Shown: positions 39,807 through 52,095 of the stretch, piece by piece
How the letters are laid out: each line of letters starts with the position of its first letter
Position numbering within the stretch: position 1 is the stretch's first letter
Assembly (NCBI GenBank): GCA_951406725.2
Contig: OX597824.1
Coordinates: 10,850,001 to 10,914,000, forward strand
Length of the DNA: 64,000 nucleotides
DNA from: Octopus vulgaris
Taxonomy: Eukaryota
Direction: 5' to 3'
Program-made: the position numbers and the translations under genes
Notes under the pieces: model-generated
What the model was told of the DNA's origin: nothing
The model's input: only the letters and a program-made list of their open reading frames with translations
The model's database searches: none

Positions 39807-39881
39807 CTGAAAATGAAATTAAAAGAAAAGAATAAATATTATGGTAATAACATATAACAACCATCTATGCCCCATACTTAA

Positions 39882-40039
39882 CCCTTTCGTTACCAACCCA
39901 GCTGAAACCGGCTCTGGCTCCGAGTACAAATGTCTTGTTTTCAAAAGTTTTGAACTAAAATCTTCCACCAAACCTAAGTCGCAATTTATATTCCTAACAC
40001 TAGCTGAATGATAACTAAATTAATACAGTAACGAAAGGG
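39882..40039. mobile_element. piggyBac-like MITE, internally deleted copy in opposite orientation
   Basis: Same TIRs and TTAA flanks as 55110; older related fragments at about 6330-6735 and 40044-40200. Confidence 0.8.
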
Positions 40040-41728
40040 TTAAACCCTTTTGATTCCAACCTGCCCCAAAGTACCCACAGTTCTATGATACAAGCTTTCT
40101 GTTTAAAGTGTTCAAAATTAAAACCTTTCATTAAAAATTCATGTTTGTTTATGTTGCAAACACCAGCTTAATAAAGACAGAAGTTCCAGGTATGGAAGCA
40201 AGGTCTAGAATCAAAGGGTCTTAGAGTTAACCTAGCAAAAACCAAAGTTTAAGTCAGTAGGGAGGCAGGCAAATCACAAATCCTTTCAGGTAAATGGCCC
40301 TGCTCAATCTGTAGAAAAGGTGTAGGTAGAAGCCCCATAAGAAGCACCCAGTGTAAGCTTTGGACACATAAAAGGTGCAGCAATATCAGAGGAATAATAG
40401 GGAAACTAGCTTTTGTGTGTGGAAGATGCCAGCATGGAAAGTGGACGTTAACCGATGATGATGAACAAACCTAAAAAGTAACATTGTACAAAATGTCTAA
40501 AAATTCAGATGAAAACAACAAACATATTTAACAATGTTGAAGTTTGTCAAAACGACAGAATTAGATAAATTGATTCTCAACAACTGGCAACAATATTCAG
40601 CTTATGGAGTATCAGATTGACTATTTTACAGAACCAAATGCTAGCACTTCTTGCTTACCAGTTCAAATCCTGTGTATAGAAATATAATTTTCATAGACAT
40701 ACGAGAGACATGTCTATCCATGATGCCTGCAATTCTAATAGGGGTTTATTAAGTCAATTTAGGATTGCAACAAGCTAAACCTCATTACATTGCTAATGTT
40801 ACAGTTTAACATTATCTGTAAAGTATATGTATTTCTGTTACCTCTGTTACACTGGAGACAGTTTCTGTTTAGTCCTATCTCAGCCCTAACTGATTAGGCC
40901 TACAAACCAAAGTAGTCCAATCATGATTAACTTATTTTATTAATCAATCATGATTAATTTATTTTTAGGCATTCTGTATCTAATATCCAACACAGCTTTA
41001 AATATAATTATTAAAACAATAAGAGGTAAATTTAAGGCAAATTTGGCTGTTATTTCCACCATGACCACATTAAAACTGCCTCACTATATAGGCTAAAGTT
41101 GCTTAGAGATTAGTAGCTCAAAAAGTCTCAATTTTTTTTTAAAGGAAAATTTAAGGTAAAAAGAGTAGAGGTGTCGTAATTAGAGGGTAGACAGTTTCTT
41201 ATTATATGTTAGCTCTACAAAATTAACTTTTATAGACACAGTGAAAGTAAGTTGAGGAAGCTAGTATTGCCTTCAGGCCCCAATTCCTGCTGGTGTGGTA
41301 GGGACACCATCATGACATTCTATGCATTTTAGGTCAATTTTAAACTTAACAGAGCACATCTCTGTTTAGGTCTATCTACAGTTAATTCTTTCAAGAGAGA
41401 AAGAAACAGAAAGAGAAGGATCCACTGCTGTACCAGACTTGTGCTTTATTCATTGACCCCCAAAAAATGAAAGCTCAAGTTGACTGTAGCAGGATTCGTA
41501 GCTGGGGTATGCAGTGTTAAATATATAATGTATATATAATGGGTGAGAGAGAGTGATAGTTGGCAGTATAATATTCATAGCTAAATCACATAAGATATGG
41601 AATATGATTGTTATAGACTCATTCTTGAATTTGAAACTCAAAGGAGGGAGTGATACATATGTAAGGATGTTGTGGTACAGGTCCTTCTCTTCTCATTCAA
41701 AAACAAAAATGCTACAGTATGAGCTTAC

Positions 41729-41847
41729 CTTACATTCCGGTCTTGACAAGCAGTGGCTACAAACTTTTCTGTGGCATCAACATCCATATCATACAGAGTT
41801 GTCTTACCCACAAGATGCTGATGAAGATTAAACTGAAACTCTGGATG
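41729..41847 (-). CDS. MAPKBP1: WDR62/MAPKBP1-like exon ([39 protein letters not shown])
   Basis: ctccag/gtaagc, 119 nt, phase 0 to 2; KTTLYDMDV and ACQDRN motifs. Confidence 0.95.
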
Positions 41848-42142
41848 CTGGAGAACACAACAGAAAAGGAAATCAATTCTCAAGGAGACAAAACAATTAG
41901 AAATTCTATAGTATTTATGTTGGATTTCAGGGGAAAACAGTTATGAATCCGGGAGGAACCAAATGTTTTGAAACTGAACCACTATGAAGAAGAATATTGG
42001 TTTGAAAATATTGAAGTGAGGTTCCAAAAACTTACAAAGACATTGTGTTAGATTTATATGATTCTAAGCTTATAAAGGCAACTAATGAAAAATTAAAAAC
42101 GAATTTAAATGTAATTAAGTAGAAATTTCCAGAGAAACTTAC

Positions 42143-42339
42143 CAACTGTGCATTTCGAAACAAAAGAGATTTATCAGCACTACAACTTAGCATTCGAAAC
42201 TGACCATCATTTTTGGTGAACTTGACTGCTGTGATGGAAGAGGAATGGTCATCTAGTGTTTGTAACAGTCCATAATCTTGTTCAACATCAAAGATATGGA
42301 TTAACCGATCCCTGCTTGCTGTGGCTAACAGTCGAGGTT
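42143..42339 (-). CDS. MAPKBP1: WDR62/MAPKBP1-like exon ([66 protein letters not shown])
   Basis: ttccag/gtaagt, 197 nt, phase 1 to 0; highly conserved family segment. Confidence 0.96.
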
Positions 42340-42816
42340 CTGGAAAGAAAAATGCAATAAACTGAAAGACTTTTCATTTTTTATCAAGAGTTACAGAGAC
42401 AACCAACATTGGAACTATATTCTTTGCGGTCTACCTTTAACAAGACAACTTGCCAACACATCCTTTAGGGACTTCAATGTCCATTGATACTTCCAAGTAC
42501 CTTCCTCCTATTTACATATCAATGATGCAGTTTTACATTTCTCTAGCATGTTCTACACAACATGGCTGAGTGCACACACAGACACACAAAACCTAAACAC
42601 CAGTCTGTCAAAGCCTGTATGCATTTCTTGAATGGAGATCATCTACAATAAGGTCTGTCCCCTTTAAAACAACATTAACACACACAGGCGCTACACAACT
42701 CTTACGAACAAGCACACAAAATAACATCCACTTTACTCATGACCAAGCACAGATGTTAAATTATATACTCAATACTTTATTGACAATAGATAAATAGAAG
42801 TATGCATTAAATTGTA

Positions 42817-43230
42817 TCATCATCATCATTTAACGTCCATTTTCCATGCTAGCATGGGTTGGACGGTTCAACCGGGGTTTGGGAAGACAGGAGGCTGCAC
42901 CAGGCTCCAGTCTGATCCGGCAATGTTTCTACAGCTGGATGTCCCTCCTGACGCCAACCACTCCGTCAGTGTAGTGGGTACTTTTTACGTGCCACCTGCA
43001 CAAGTGCCAGGCAGGGCTGGCAATGGTCACAATCGGTTGGTGCTTTTTACGTGCCACTGGCACAGAAGCCAGTTGAGGCGGCGCTGGCAACGGCCATGTT
43101 CAGATGGTGCTTTTTACATGCCAACGGCACAGGTATCACAACTACGATTTTCATTGATCTTTTGATTGATTTCAATTTCACTTGCCTCAACAAGTCTTTG
43201 GAAGCAGAGTTTTGTGTCCGAAATTTAAAA
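42817..43230 (-). mobile_element. Retroposon family C, second subfamily
   Basis: Variant tail (cttcccaaaccccggttgaaccgtcc); leader gaggcaagtgaaat shared with the 51540 copy. Confidence 0.82.
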
Positions 43231-43319
43231 TTGAGTTTCAAAGATCATTAATTATCCATTAAAATGGTACTCAATCAAAGTTGAGTAGGAATTCGCACAA
43301 TAAAAAATTAAATTCTTAC

Positions 43320-43411
43320 CTGTGTGTAGTGGAGAATATTCCAGAGATAAAACTTCAGCATCATGTGCTTCAATTGCTTTGGTTTCTATCATCTCTGTCA
43401 AGTCATAGATC
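43320..43411 (-). CDS. MAPKBP1: WDR62/MAPKBP1-like exon (RIYDLTEMIETKAIEAHDAEVLSLEYSPLHT)
   Basis: tttcag/gtaaga, 92 nt, phase 2 to 1; EAHD.EVL.LEYS motif. Confidence 0.94.
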
Positions 43412-44614
43412 CTGAAATACAAACATTATTATAACATCTTTATTTCCCACTATTCAAAGTAGAAATTTTACCTATAACAAAAATGACTCACTCACACACA
43501 CACACACAATATCATCATCAATTTACATACATCTGCTTTTCCATGCCTGAATGAAGATGCTTAGCTTTTTCTAAGTCTTGGGAGTGGATTTGGTAAATTT
43601 GGAAATTGAAAGAAGCCTGTCGTGCGTGTGTGCAGATATATATATATATGTACACATGCACACACACACATGTATATACATGTGTGCACCCTTATCCTAA
43701 CATCATGTGATGGTTGTAAATGAGTACCACTGTCATACAAGTGGAGTTATTTCCAGTCTTCCATGGGAAAAAAATGTCAGGCTATGGGGAATAGTACTGT
43801 GCCTGGATACAGGTGAGGGTTGGCGACAGTAAAGGCATCAGGTCGTAGAAACTCTACCTCAATAAATTCCATCTGACCCTTGCAAGAATGGAAAAGTGAA
43901 CGTTAAATGATGATGATTCATATTATATGATTCAGATTATGGATAATAATAATGATTTCTACTCAAAACAATATTTTTGTAGGTAACTCATATAATCAAC
44001 TGAATTATCCCAGTATATGACAAATACATTTTTTTACTTTGGAGAGGGAACAAGAAAACGTAATTCCAGCAAAATTCAAGACGAAAGGGCATAGCTTATA
44101 TTACGAAATAAAAGGTCACAGGCAGTCAAATGTTTCTAATACAATAATTCATTTATAACCTGTGAAAGAGATTCAGTCTATAAGCAATACTTAACCGATA
44201 TATACAATAGGAACAATTTATTGGGATCAATCTATGTAATCTATGCTAGAATGGAGAAACAGACGCGAGAGAAAAGGAAGGGAAGTAACCGAATATCAAG
44301 GGAAGTAACTCTGCTCATCCGTCGTCTTCCTAGATAAGTGTTTTGTTTTTATTTTTTAAAGTCTTACACCGACCTTTAACACCAAGATTTTTGTAAAACT
44401 GACTACTATTATAACCGGCAATATCTGGAAAATGTGATGCAGTTACATATTTGTGAAGGTCTTTCTGTATGTACTTAGCTAAGTATTTGGGTCAGCAGAT
44501 GAAATTTGCCCAAAGTGTCATACAGTGGGAAAGAATTTGAAACCACATTGTTACGAATCAAACCCCATACCCATACAACCATACTTGCGTCTATATATCT
44601 TTAGTTTTGGGAAA

Positions 44615-44845
44615 GGCGGCTAGCTGGCAGAAACGTTAGCACGCCAGGCGAAATGCGTAGCCATATTTCGTCTGTCGATACGTTCTGAGTTCAAATTCTG
44701 CCGAAGTCAACTTTGCCTTTCATCCTTTCGGGGTAGATTAATTAAGTACCAGTTACGCACTGGGGTCGATGTAATCGACTTAATCCCTTTGTCTGTCCTT
44801 GTTTGTCCCCTCTGTGTTTAGCCCCTTGTGGGTAGTAAAGAAATA
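44615..44845 (+). mobile_element. SINE family A
   Basis: Full-length; TSD atctttagttttggg. Confidence 0.88.
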
Positions 44846-45818
44846 TATACATCTTTAGTTTTGGGGGTTTTTCCCCTCACGCATCTGTTTCTCTATGCTA
44901 GCATAGTTTAAACAGAAAATTATTGTGACATTGTTTTTCAGTTAGATGCCTTTCCTGTTGCTAAGCCTTACCCATTTTCCAATTAGGGGATCTTATAGTC
45001 TACAAATCTGCAAAGGTGCAAGCCAGTGGTTGATTTGCCACTACTTGTAGCTTCGCAATTTTGGAAGTGCAAACACACAAACGATGAGCTTCTTTGGGCC
45101 AACCAAACCAACCCATAAAGCTTTGTCAGCCCAGAGCTATAGAAGAAAATTCTTCCCCTAAGTGTGATGCAGTAAGACTGAGCCCGAAACTGTATGGTTG
45201 GAAAGAGAATTTCTGAACGACACTACCACACTTACAATTATATATATATATATATACACACACACAGGTATGGCTATGTGGTTAAGAAGCTTATTTCCAA
45301 CCATGGGTTCAGTCCTGCTACATACCACCTTAGGCAAGTGTCTTCTACTATAGACCTAGGCTAAACAAAACCTTGTGAAGGGATCAGCTGAATGGAGGCT
45401 GGAAGAAGCCCATCATGAATACACATATATACGTATGTGAATGTGTGTATGTGTTTTTGTGTACCCTTACCTTGGTACTATGTGATGATTATAAATAAAC
45501 ATCACCATCATATATGCAATGTTGTTAGTTTCCAGTGTTCTATGAAAAATATGTTTTTCACAAGAAAATATTAGGTAAGACAATTGGGAGGGCATCTAGC
45601 CATAGAAATTCTGCCCCAGCAAATTCTATCTGACCCATGCAAGCAGAGAAAAGTGGATGTCAAAACAAGGGGAAGTCCATGAGCATACACACACACACAC
45701 ACACACACACACGGTATACTGTGTAAAGTGGCGATTGCTAAATAAAGCATCCAGTTGTAGAAACCATGCAAAAAAAAAAAAAAAAAAAAAAAAAAACAAG
45801 AAAAAAAAGCAACTATAC

Positions 45819-45924
45819 CTAATATTTCCCATCCGATCACCTGAAGCCAGACACTGACCATCTGGGCTGATTTTAATTGCCCGGATCCCATTTTTACCCT
45901 CTTTTCCTTCAGACTTTTCAGCTC
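45819..45924 (-). CDS. MAPKBP1: WDR62/MAPKBP1-like exon (GAEKSEGKEGKNGIRAIKISPDGQCLASGDRMGNI)
   Basis: gtgcag/gtatag, 106 nt, phase 1 to 2; SPDGQ.LASGDR.GN WD40 motif. Confidence 0.93.
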
Positions 45925-46000
45925 CTGCACCTTAATAAAGAAAAAAAAAAAACGTTTCTGAAGCATTTCTTTCAAGAGAAATCAGACACATTTAAGTCAT

Positions 46001-46282
46001 ATCAATAGTTACAGAGCAAGCTAAATGCTAATAGGAGCAATAAAACAGCCACAGGGCAAGCTACACCAACTAAATAGTTACAGAAGCAATTAAATAGCCA
46101 CAAAATGAGCTAAATAACCACAGAATGGGCTGAACAATCACAGAATGAGTTAAATAATCACAGAACGAGTTAAATAGTCACAGAAACAGATAAATATCCA
46201 TAAAACCTGGTGAATAACTAAATAGTCAAAGAAACAGGTAAATAGCCACAAAACACAAGTAAATAGGCATAACGAGATAAAT
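46001..46282. repeat. Degenerate 20-bp minisatellite (taaatagccacagaatgagc-like)
   Basis: taaata-type motif recurs at a 20-bp period from 46071 to about 46210, with looser copies either side. Confidence 0.8.
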
Positions 46283-46785
46283 GATTATAATTACTAGAAT
46301 ACAAGCTGTTCACATTTTAAATATGCAGAATTTAACTACAAGTAGTATATCAAAATGAAGTGGCTATAATTACTGCTGTTAATTAGACAATGGGTAAAGA
46401 GGTTAAACAGAAACAATTATTCAAAGAAAGCTACAACTTTGTAAACTCAAGTAAAAGTCAATCTCATGTACAATGAACTCTTGATTTTGGGCCAAGATCT
46501 CAATAATTTATGATGTGTCTTGCACATGGGTCAACTTCTTATATGTTAGGGGAGTAGAACAAGTAATTATACCAGCAGTAATAATGCCCCATATTTTCAT
46601 AGAGCCCTGAGTTGGCCAATGAAGTTAAATAGCCATCATTGTAATCATCACTCACTCCTCTGTGCCTATATATCTGCTTTCTATCTGGTGCAGGCTTGGC
46701 TATGTGGTTAAGAAGTTGGCTTTGCAATATGTGATTTCAGGTTCAATCTCACTGCACAGTATCTTGGGCCAACTTGCAAGTGAAT

Positions 46786-47145
46786 TCATCACCATCATCA
46801 ATCAACATCTGCTTTCCATCCTTCCATGCTAGCATGGATGGGGCAGTTTCACAAGACCTGGCCAGGTAGAAGCCTGCACCAGACTTCTGTGACTGTTTTG
46901 ACAGGATTTTTACAGCTGGATGCCCTTCCTAACACCAACCACTCAGCAGAGTGGACTGGGCACTTAAGTGGCACCTGCATTGACAGGGTCATCAAGTACT
47001 TGCAGGACAAAAAAAGAAAAACTTTCAAGAGCGGATGGAGCATTGGAGGAGGCGATCTTGTGTCGGATGATGAAAGGTTATAGTGAGGCAAAGAGATAGA
47101 AACAGGTGTCTTGCAGTAGAGGAAGTACAAGGTTACCCAGCCGAG

Positions 47146-47181
<36 letters not shown>

Positions 47182-47484
47182 AGAAATGAAGACAGAAACA
47201 GGCATGCTGCTGCAAAGGAGATACATGGTTACTCAACTTGAGGGAAATGCAGAAGGAGAGAGAGAGAGTGGGAGGCAGCAGGATAGAGATGGTGGCAAAA
47301 TGCCAGACATACTCACAAGGGACAAGGATCAGTATATAAATGGGATGACTGAGCAAAGGAAGAGAGAGATATAGATGGTGGCAAGTGCCAGGGCATACCC
47401 TTGAGGTTCAAACGCCATAATATAAGCAGCAGGATATTGCAAAGGAAGTGTGATTAAAGAGTGGGGGAAATGGGCTAAAACCTG

Positions 47485-47567
<83 letters not shown>

Positions 47568-48090
47568 GAGGGGGTTACTGAATATCAATGATACAGAGGA
47601 ACAGGGCCATGAGGACAGGATTGGAGAGTGAGAACTAGGCATAGTGTATGAAGGAGGAAATGTGAGAAAGAGAAGTGATGCGGAGATGTAGATTGGTTTG
47701 TTGGGGTAGGGTGAGTGAAAAGTTTTCTTGTTACATGTGGGTGGAACACACAGGTTGGGGGCAAGCGGACAGCAATGATGCAGTGGCACAGGGCCAAGAG
47801 GACAGGATTGGAGAGTGAGAAGTAAGCATGATGCATGAAGCGGAAATGTGAGCAAGAGATGTAGAGACGTAGCTTGGTTTGTTGTGGTAGATTGTGTGAG
47901 AAGCTTTCTTGTTAAGTGTGGGTGAGACACACACCAATTTCTAGAACTCGGTTTTGCTGACATGGGTGGGTCTTCTCTAGAACTTCATATCACCAGACAC
48001 CTCAGTCCATTGTCATTTCCTCTGTGTAGCCCAATATCCTGAGATCTGTCCTACCATTTTATCCCACATCTTTCTAGGTCTCTCATTTCC
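46786..48090 (-). mobile_element. RTE-clade LINE 3' fragment (ORF2 C-terminus plus long 3'UTR)
   Basis: RPRKMWD...DLRILG..EEMT.D...W near 47980-48085; 3'UTR ends in the AGGAAGGGCATCCAGCTGTA...CATGCTAGCATGG tail; related 3'UTR pieces at about 8660-9040, 30960-31385 and 52540-53110. Confidence 0.7.
47487..47562. repeat. (TA)n(GA)n microsatellite
   Basis: Directly visible. Confidence 0.95.
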
Positions 48091-48126
48091 ATTTGACTGA
48101 AATTGGAAGGTGTGTGTGTGTGTGTG

Positions 48127-48460
48127 TCATCATCATCATTTAACGTCCGTTTTTCATGCTAGCATGGGTTGAATGGTTCGACCGGAGTCTGGGAAGCCAG
48201 GAGGCTGCGCCAGGCTCCAGTCTGATCCGGCAGAGTTTCTACAGCTGGATTCTCTTCCTAACGCCAACCACTCCTTGAGTGTAGTGGGTGCTTTTTATGT
48301 GCCACCGGCATAGGGGCCAGAGGAGGCTGGCAAACAGCCACGATCGGTCGGTGCTCTTTACGTGTCGCCGACACGGATGCCAGTCAGGTGGCGCTGGCAT
48401 CGGCCACATTCAGATGGTGCTTTTTACGTGCCACCAGAACGAGTATCACAACTATAATTT
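48127..48460 (-). mobile_element. Retroposon family C, second subfamily
   Basis: Homolog of the 42817 and 62118 copies. Confidence 0.82.
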
Positions 48461-48910
48461 CCATGTGTGTGTGTGTGTTTTTTTTCTCTCTCTCTCTACC
48501 TTGACATTGTGTGGTTGTTGTAAATGAATGTCATTAGCAATATTCTGCAAAAACATGTTTGGCCATGGGGAAATGTTAATTTGCTTGGAAACAAATGTGT
48601 GTGTGTGTGTGTGGGAGAAGTTGGCAACAGGAAGGGTACATGGCTGTAGAAATTCTACTTCAATAAACCCCATCTGACCTGTGCAAGCATAGAAAAGTGG
48701 TTGTTAAAGCAATAATGATGGATTGGTGGATATTTCGTGCTTTGTTTCCTGGCACCAACTGTTAAATATTTCATGTCTGGCGCTAAATTTCAACTCAATA
48801 AAATTATCTCGGTTAATCATTTCTTGTATCTAAAAATTTGGGCCTTCAAAACGACCTCTACATGAGTATATGTACTGTTTGCAGTTACTTTTATATAAAT
48901 TTGTTCCATT

Positions 48911-49072
48911 GGCGCAGGAGTGGCTGTGTGGTAAGTAGCTTGCTAACCAACCACATGGTTTCGGGTTCAGTCCCACTGCATGGCATCTTGGGCAAGTGTC
49001 TTCTGCTATAGCCCCGGGCCGACCAATGCCTTGTGAGTGGATTTGGTAGATGGAAACTAAAAGAAGCCTGTC

Positions 49073-49107
<35 letters not shown>

Positions 49108-49320
49108 TGTGTGTCTGTGTGTGTGCCTGTGTTTGTCCCCCTAGCATTGCTTGACAACCGATGCTGGTGTGTTTACGTCCCCATCACTTAGCAGTTCGGC
49201 AAAAGAGACCGATAGAATAAGTACTGGGCTTACAAAGAATAAGTCCCGGGGTCGATTTGCTCGACTAAAAGGCGGTGCTCCAGCATGGCCGCAGTCAAAT
49301 GACCGAAACAAGTAGAAAAG
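48911..49320 (+). mobile_element. SINE family B
   Basis: Full-length; A/B boxes tggctgtgtgg and gggttcagtccc. Confidence 0.9.
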
Positions 49321-49378
49321 AGAAAGAGAGATTGGATGAAGCTGAAGGATGGAAAATCCAAATAATCCTGTTACTTAC

Positions 49379-49445
49379 CTGCATTTCCGTCCCCATCACA
49401 GAGAAAAGAATAACAAGGATCTGTGTAATGTGTCTTCAAAAGTTC
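49379..49445 (-). CDS. MAPKBP1: WDR62/MAPKBP1-like exon (ELLKTHYTDPCYSFLCDGDGNA)
   Basis: tttcag/gtaagt, 67 nt, phase 0 to 1. Confidence 0.88.
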
Positions 49446-49724
49446 CTGAAATACAAAAATAACATTTCTGTACATTTGACACTTAAAATTCCTTGATAAC
49501 TTTTAGAAAAATGTTTTAAAACAAAGAATTCCCTAAGTTCAAAACTAGATAGTGAAGAAAATACCAAAAAATATAAATAACCAAAGAAGTTAGCTTTTTA
49601 AAATTTAATCTTCAATTGTAAAAACTGTCGGCTAATTAAAGCCTCATAATCAAATACAGGGATTGACATAATCAATTAGACCCTTCCACAAAATTACAGG
49701 CTTAGTGTCTATCATAGAAAGGAT

Positions 49725-50056
49725 TACAAAGTAAGAAAACAGCACAGCTCCCATGATTTCAGGAAACATTTTTTCACGCTGAGAGTTGCTGAAGCATGGA
49801 ACAAACTGCCGGTATCAGTTGTTAGTTGTCGGAGTACTGCATCCTTCAAAACTTCCATGCTTCCTGAGATTCGCCAACACTACACCTGATTGTCTCCCCT
49901 CCATACACACACAAGCATGTATCTGACTCATACATTGTTCGCTTTCCAGACATTTCTACATTACTGCATGTACTTTTATGCACTTTCTGACAAGTTGTGG
50001 TGCACCTGAGCACTGTATACAATAATTTCATTATTATTATTATTATTATTATTATT
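49725..50056 (+). mobile_element. CR1-clade LINE 3' end
   Basis: KVRKQHSSHDFRKHFFTLRVAEAWNKLP...* is a CR1/L2-type ORF2 C-terminus; short 3'UTR and (ATT)n tail. Confidence 0.85.
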
Positions 50057-50714
50057 GTTGTTATTTTTATTAAGGCAGTGATATGGCAGAATCATTAGCT
50101 TGCCAGACAAAATGCTGAGCAGTATTTCTCCCAGCTTTGTGTTCTGAGTCCAAATGCTGCTGAGGTCAACTTTGCCTTTCATCCTTTCAGGGTCAATGAA
50201 ATAGGTACCAGTTGGGCACTGGGGTTCACTGTAATCAACCAGCTCCCAACCCCAAAATTCCAAGACCACTGAAGAAAGGATTATTAATGACAGAGAATTG
50301 GTAGAATTGTTAGAGCATAAAAAAATGTGTTAGGTATGAGTTCCAAGTCTATGTTCTGAGTTCGAATCCTGGTGAGGTTAATTTTCCCTACATCTTTCCA
50401 GGATCATTAAAACAAAATCCTATTTAAGATCTAGTGTCAATGGAATTCAATAACATCCTGTTAGCCTTGTACCTGAATTAGAGACAATTGTATTTGTTCG
50501 TATGTGTGTGTGTGTATGTGTATATATATATATATGTATATATATTCTGTTGTGTCTGGGGAGAGTCATTTTCTTTTTGTGCCTTATAATGTAATACACG
50601 CACCAGTAAAATTTCTACTTATTTCTTATTTTTATTTTCCTAAAGTTTTCATTGCGTCTTGCAACTTTTTCAATAGTCTTGACTCTGTCCGTTATTTACA
50701 CTGCATTCCCTTTT

Positions 50715-51015
50715 GTTTGTTTGTGCGCATGTGTGTGGGTCAGTGTGTGTGTGTGTGTGTGCCTATGCATGCATGCACGTATGTATGTATGCATGTGTGT
50801 GTGTGTGCGCGCGCGTGCGCATTTGTATGTATGTATCCTGTATATTCATGTGCTTGCATGTCTGTGTGTATGTTTTATGTATGTGTGTGTGTGTGTGTGT
50901 GAGCATGTATTTGTATATGTATGCACCTCTGTCTTCTTGTGTGTGCATGTGTGTTATGCAACTATGTACCATGTTTGTATGTATGGATGGATGTGCATCT
51001 CTAGTGTTGCATGTA
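50715..51015. repeat. Degenerate (TG)n/(TATG)n microsatellite region
   Basis: Directly visible. Confidence 0.85.
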
Positions 51016-51103
51016 CATAGAGATGAACAGATGTAATTATAAACAATAATGTGCATGGATCTTATTCAACTAAAACAAAAAACCAAGAATAGATGGTATT
51101 TAC

Positions 51104-51253
51104 GTGGCTGTATATGTTTCTTCTGTAAGGCCCCAATTCTGTAATATGCTGGCTGATGTTCCAAACCCGTATTGTGTCATCATTAGAACAAGTAATAAAG
51201 GAACCAGGTGGAAGACATGAAGTATTTTTATTTTTCTCTGCTGCTGGATATAT
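51104..51253 (-). CDS. MAPKBP1: WDR62/MAPKBP1-like exon (IYPAAEKNKNTSCLPPGSFITCSNDDTIRVWNISQHITELGPYRRNIYSH)
   Basis: gttcag/gtaaat, 150 nt, phase 0 to 0; inside ORF 51062..51316. Confidence 0.95.
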
Positions 51254-51539
51254 CTGAACAGACGAAAACACCATGGATGAGATCAAAGGCAATAAACTTT
51301 GAAAAATAAATATCATTGAAATCTTAAAAGTAAAACATTAAAATTTGTTTGAGAAAAAATATACCTCAGAAAATATAATGAAAAAACTTTCTCTTACTCA
51401 AATAAATGTATTTGAAGTTAGAAAAAGCATTGCAAAAAGATATAAACATATTTTCTTTCTAAGTAAATTAATTTTTTTAAAGTTAAACTGCAAATGGAAA
51501 ACTGAAAATGATGTCAGTAAATTGAGGAACATGGGTTTT

Positions 51540-52095
51540 GAGGCAAGTGAAATCAAAATCAAATTCGATGACTGGCGTCTGTGCTAGCGGGGTGCAAAGA
51601 GCACCATACAAGTGTGATCGTTGACAGAGCGGCTAACTGGCTTCCGTACCAGTGGCACATAAAAGGCACCATTTCAGTGTAATCGTTACCAGCGTCGCCT
51701 TACTGGCACTCAAGCCCCGTGCTAGTAGGGTGTTAAGAGCACCATCCAAGCGTGATCATTGCCAGAGCAGCTATCTGGCCTCTGTGCCAGTGGCACGTAA
51801 AAGACACCATTCAAGTGTGATCGTTACCAGCATCGCCTTACTGGCACCTGTGCCAGTGGCATATGTAAAAGATACGAGCGAGGTCGTTGCCAGTGCCGAC
51901 TGACTGGCCCCGTGCCGGTGGCACATAAAAGTACCCACTACACTCTCGGAGTGGTTGGCGTAAGGAAGGGCATGAAGCTGTAGAAACTCTGCCAGATCAA
52001 GATTGAAGCCTGGTGCAACCATCTGGTTCGCCAGTCCTCAGTCAAATCGTCCAACCCATGCTAGCATGGAAAGCTGTCGTTAAATGATGATGATG
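51540..52095 (+). mobile_element. Retroposon family C with 6 modules
   Basis: Leader, 6 modules (first pair repeated) and tail. Confidence 0.85.

Noticed and set aside
48911-48985. tRNA-like A/B-box sequences at SINE heads
   Set aside because: No complete cloverleaf; contiguous with SINE bodies in many copies
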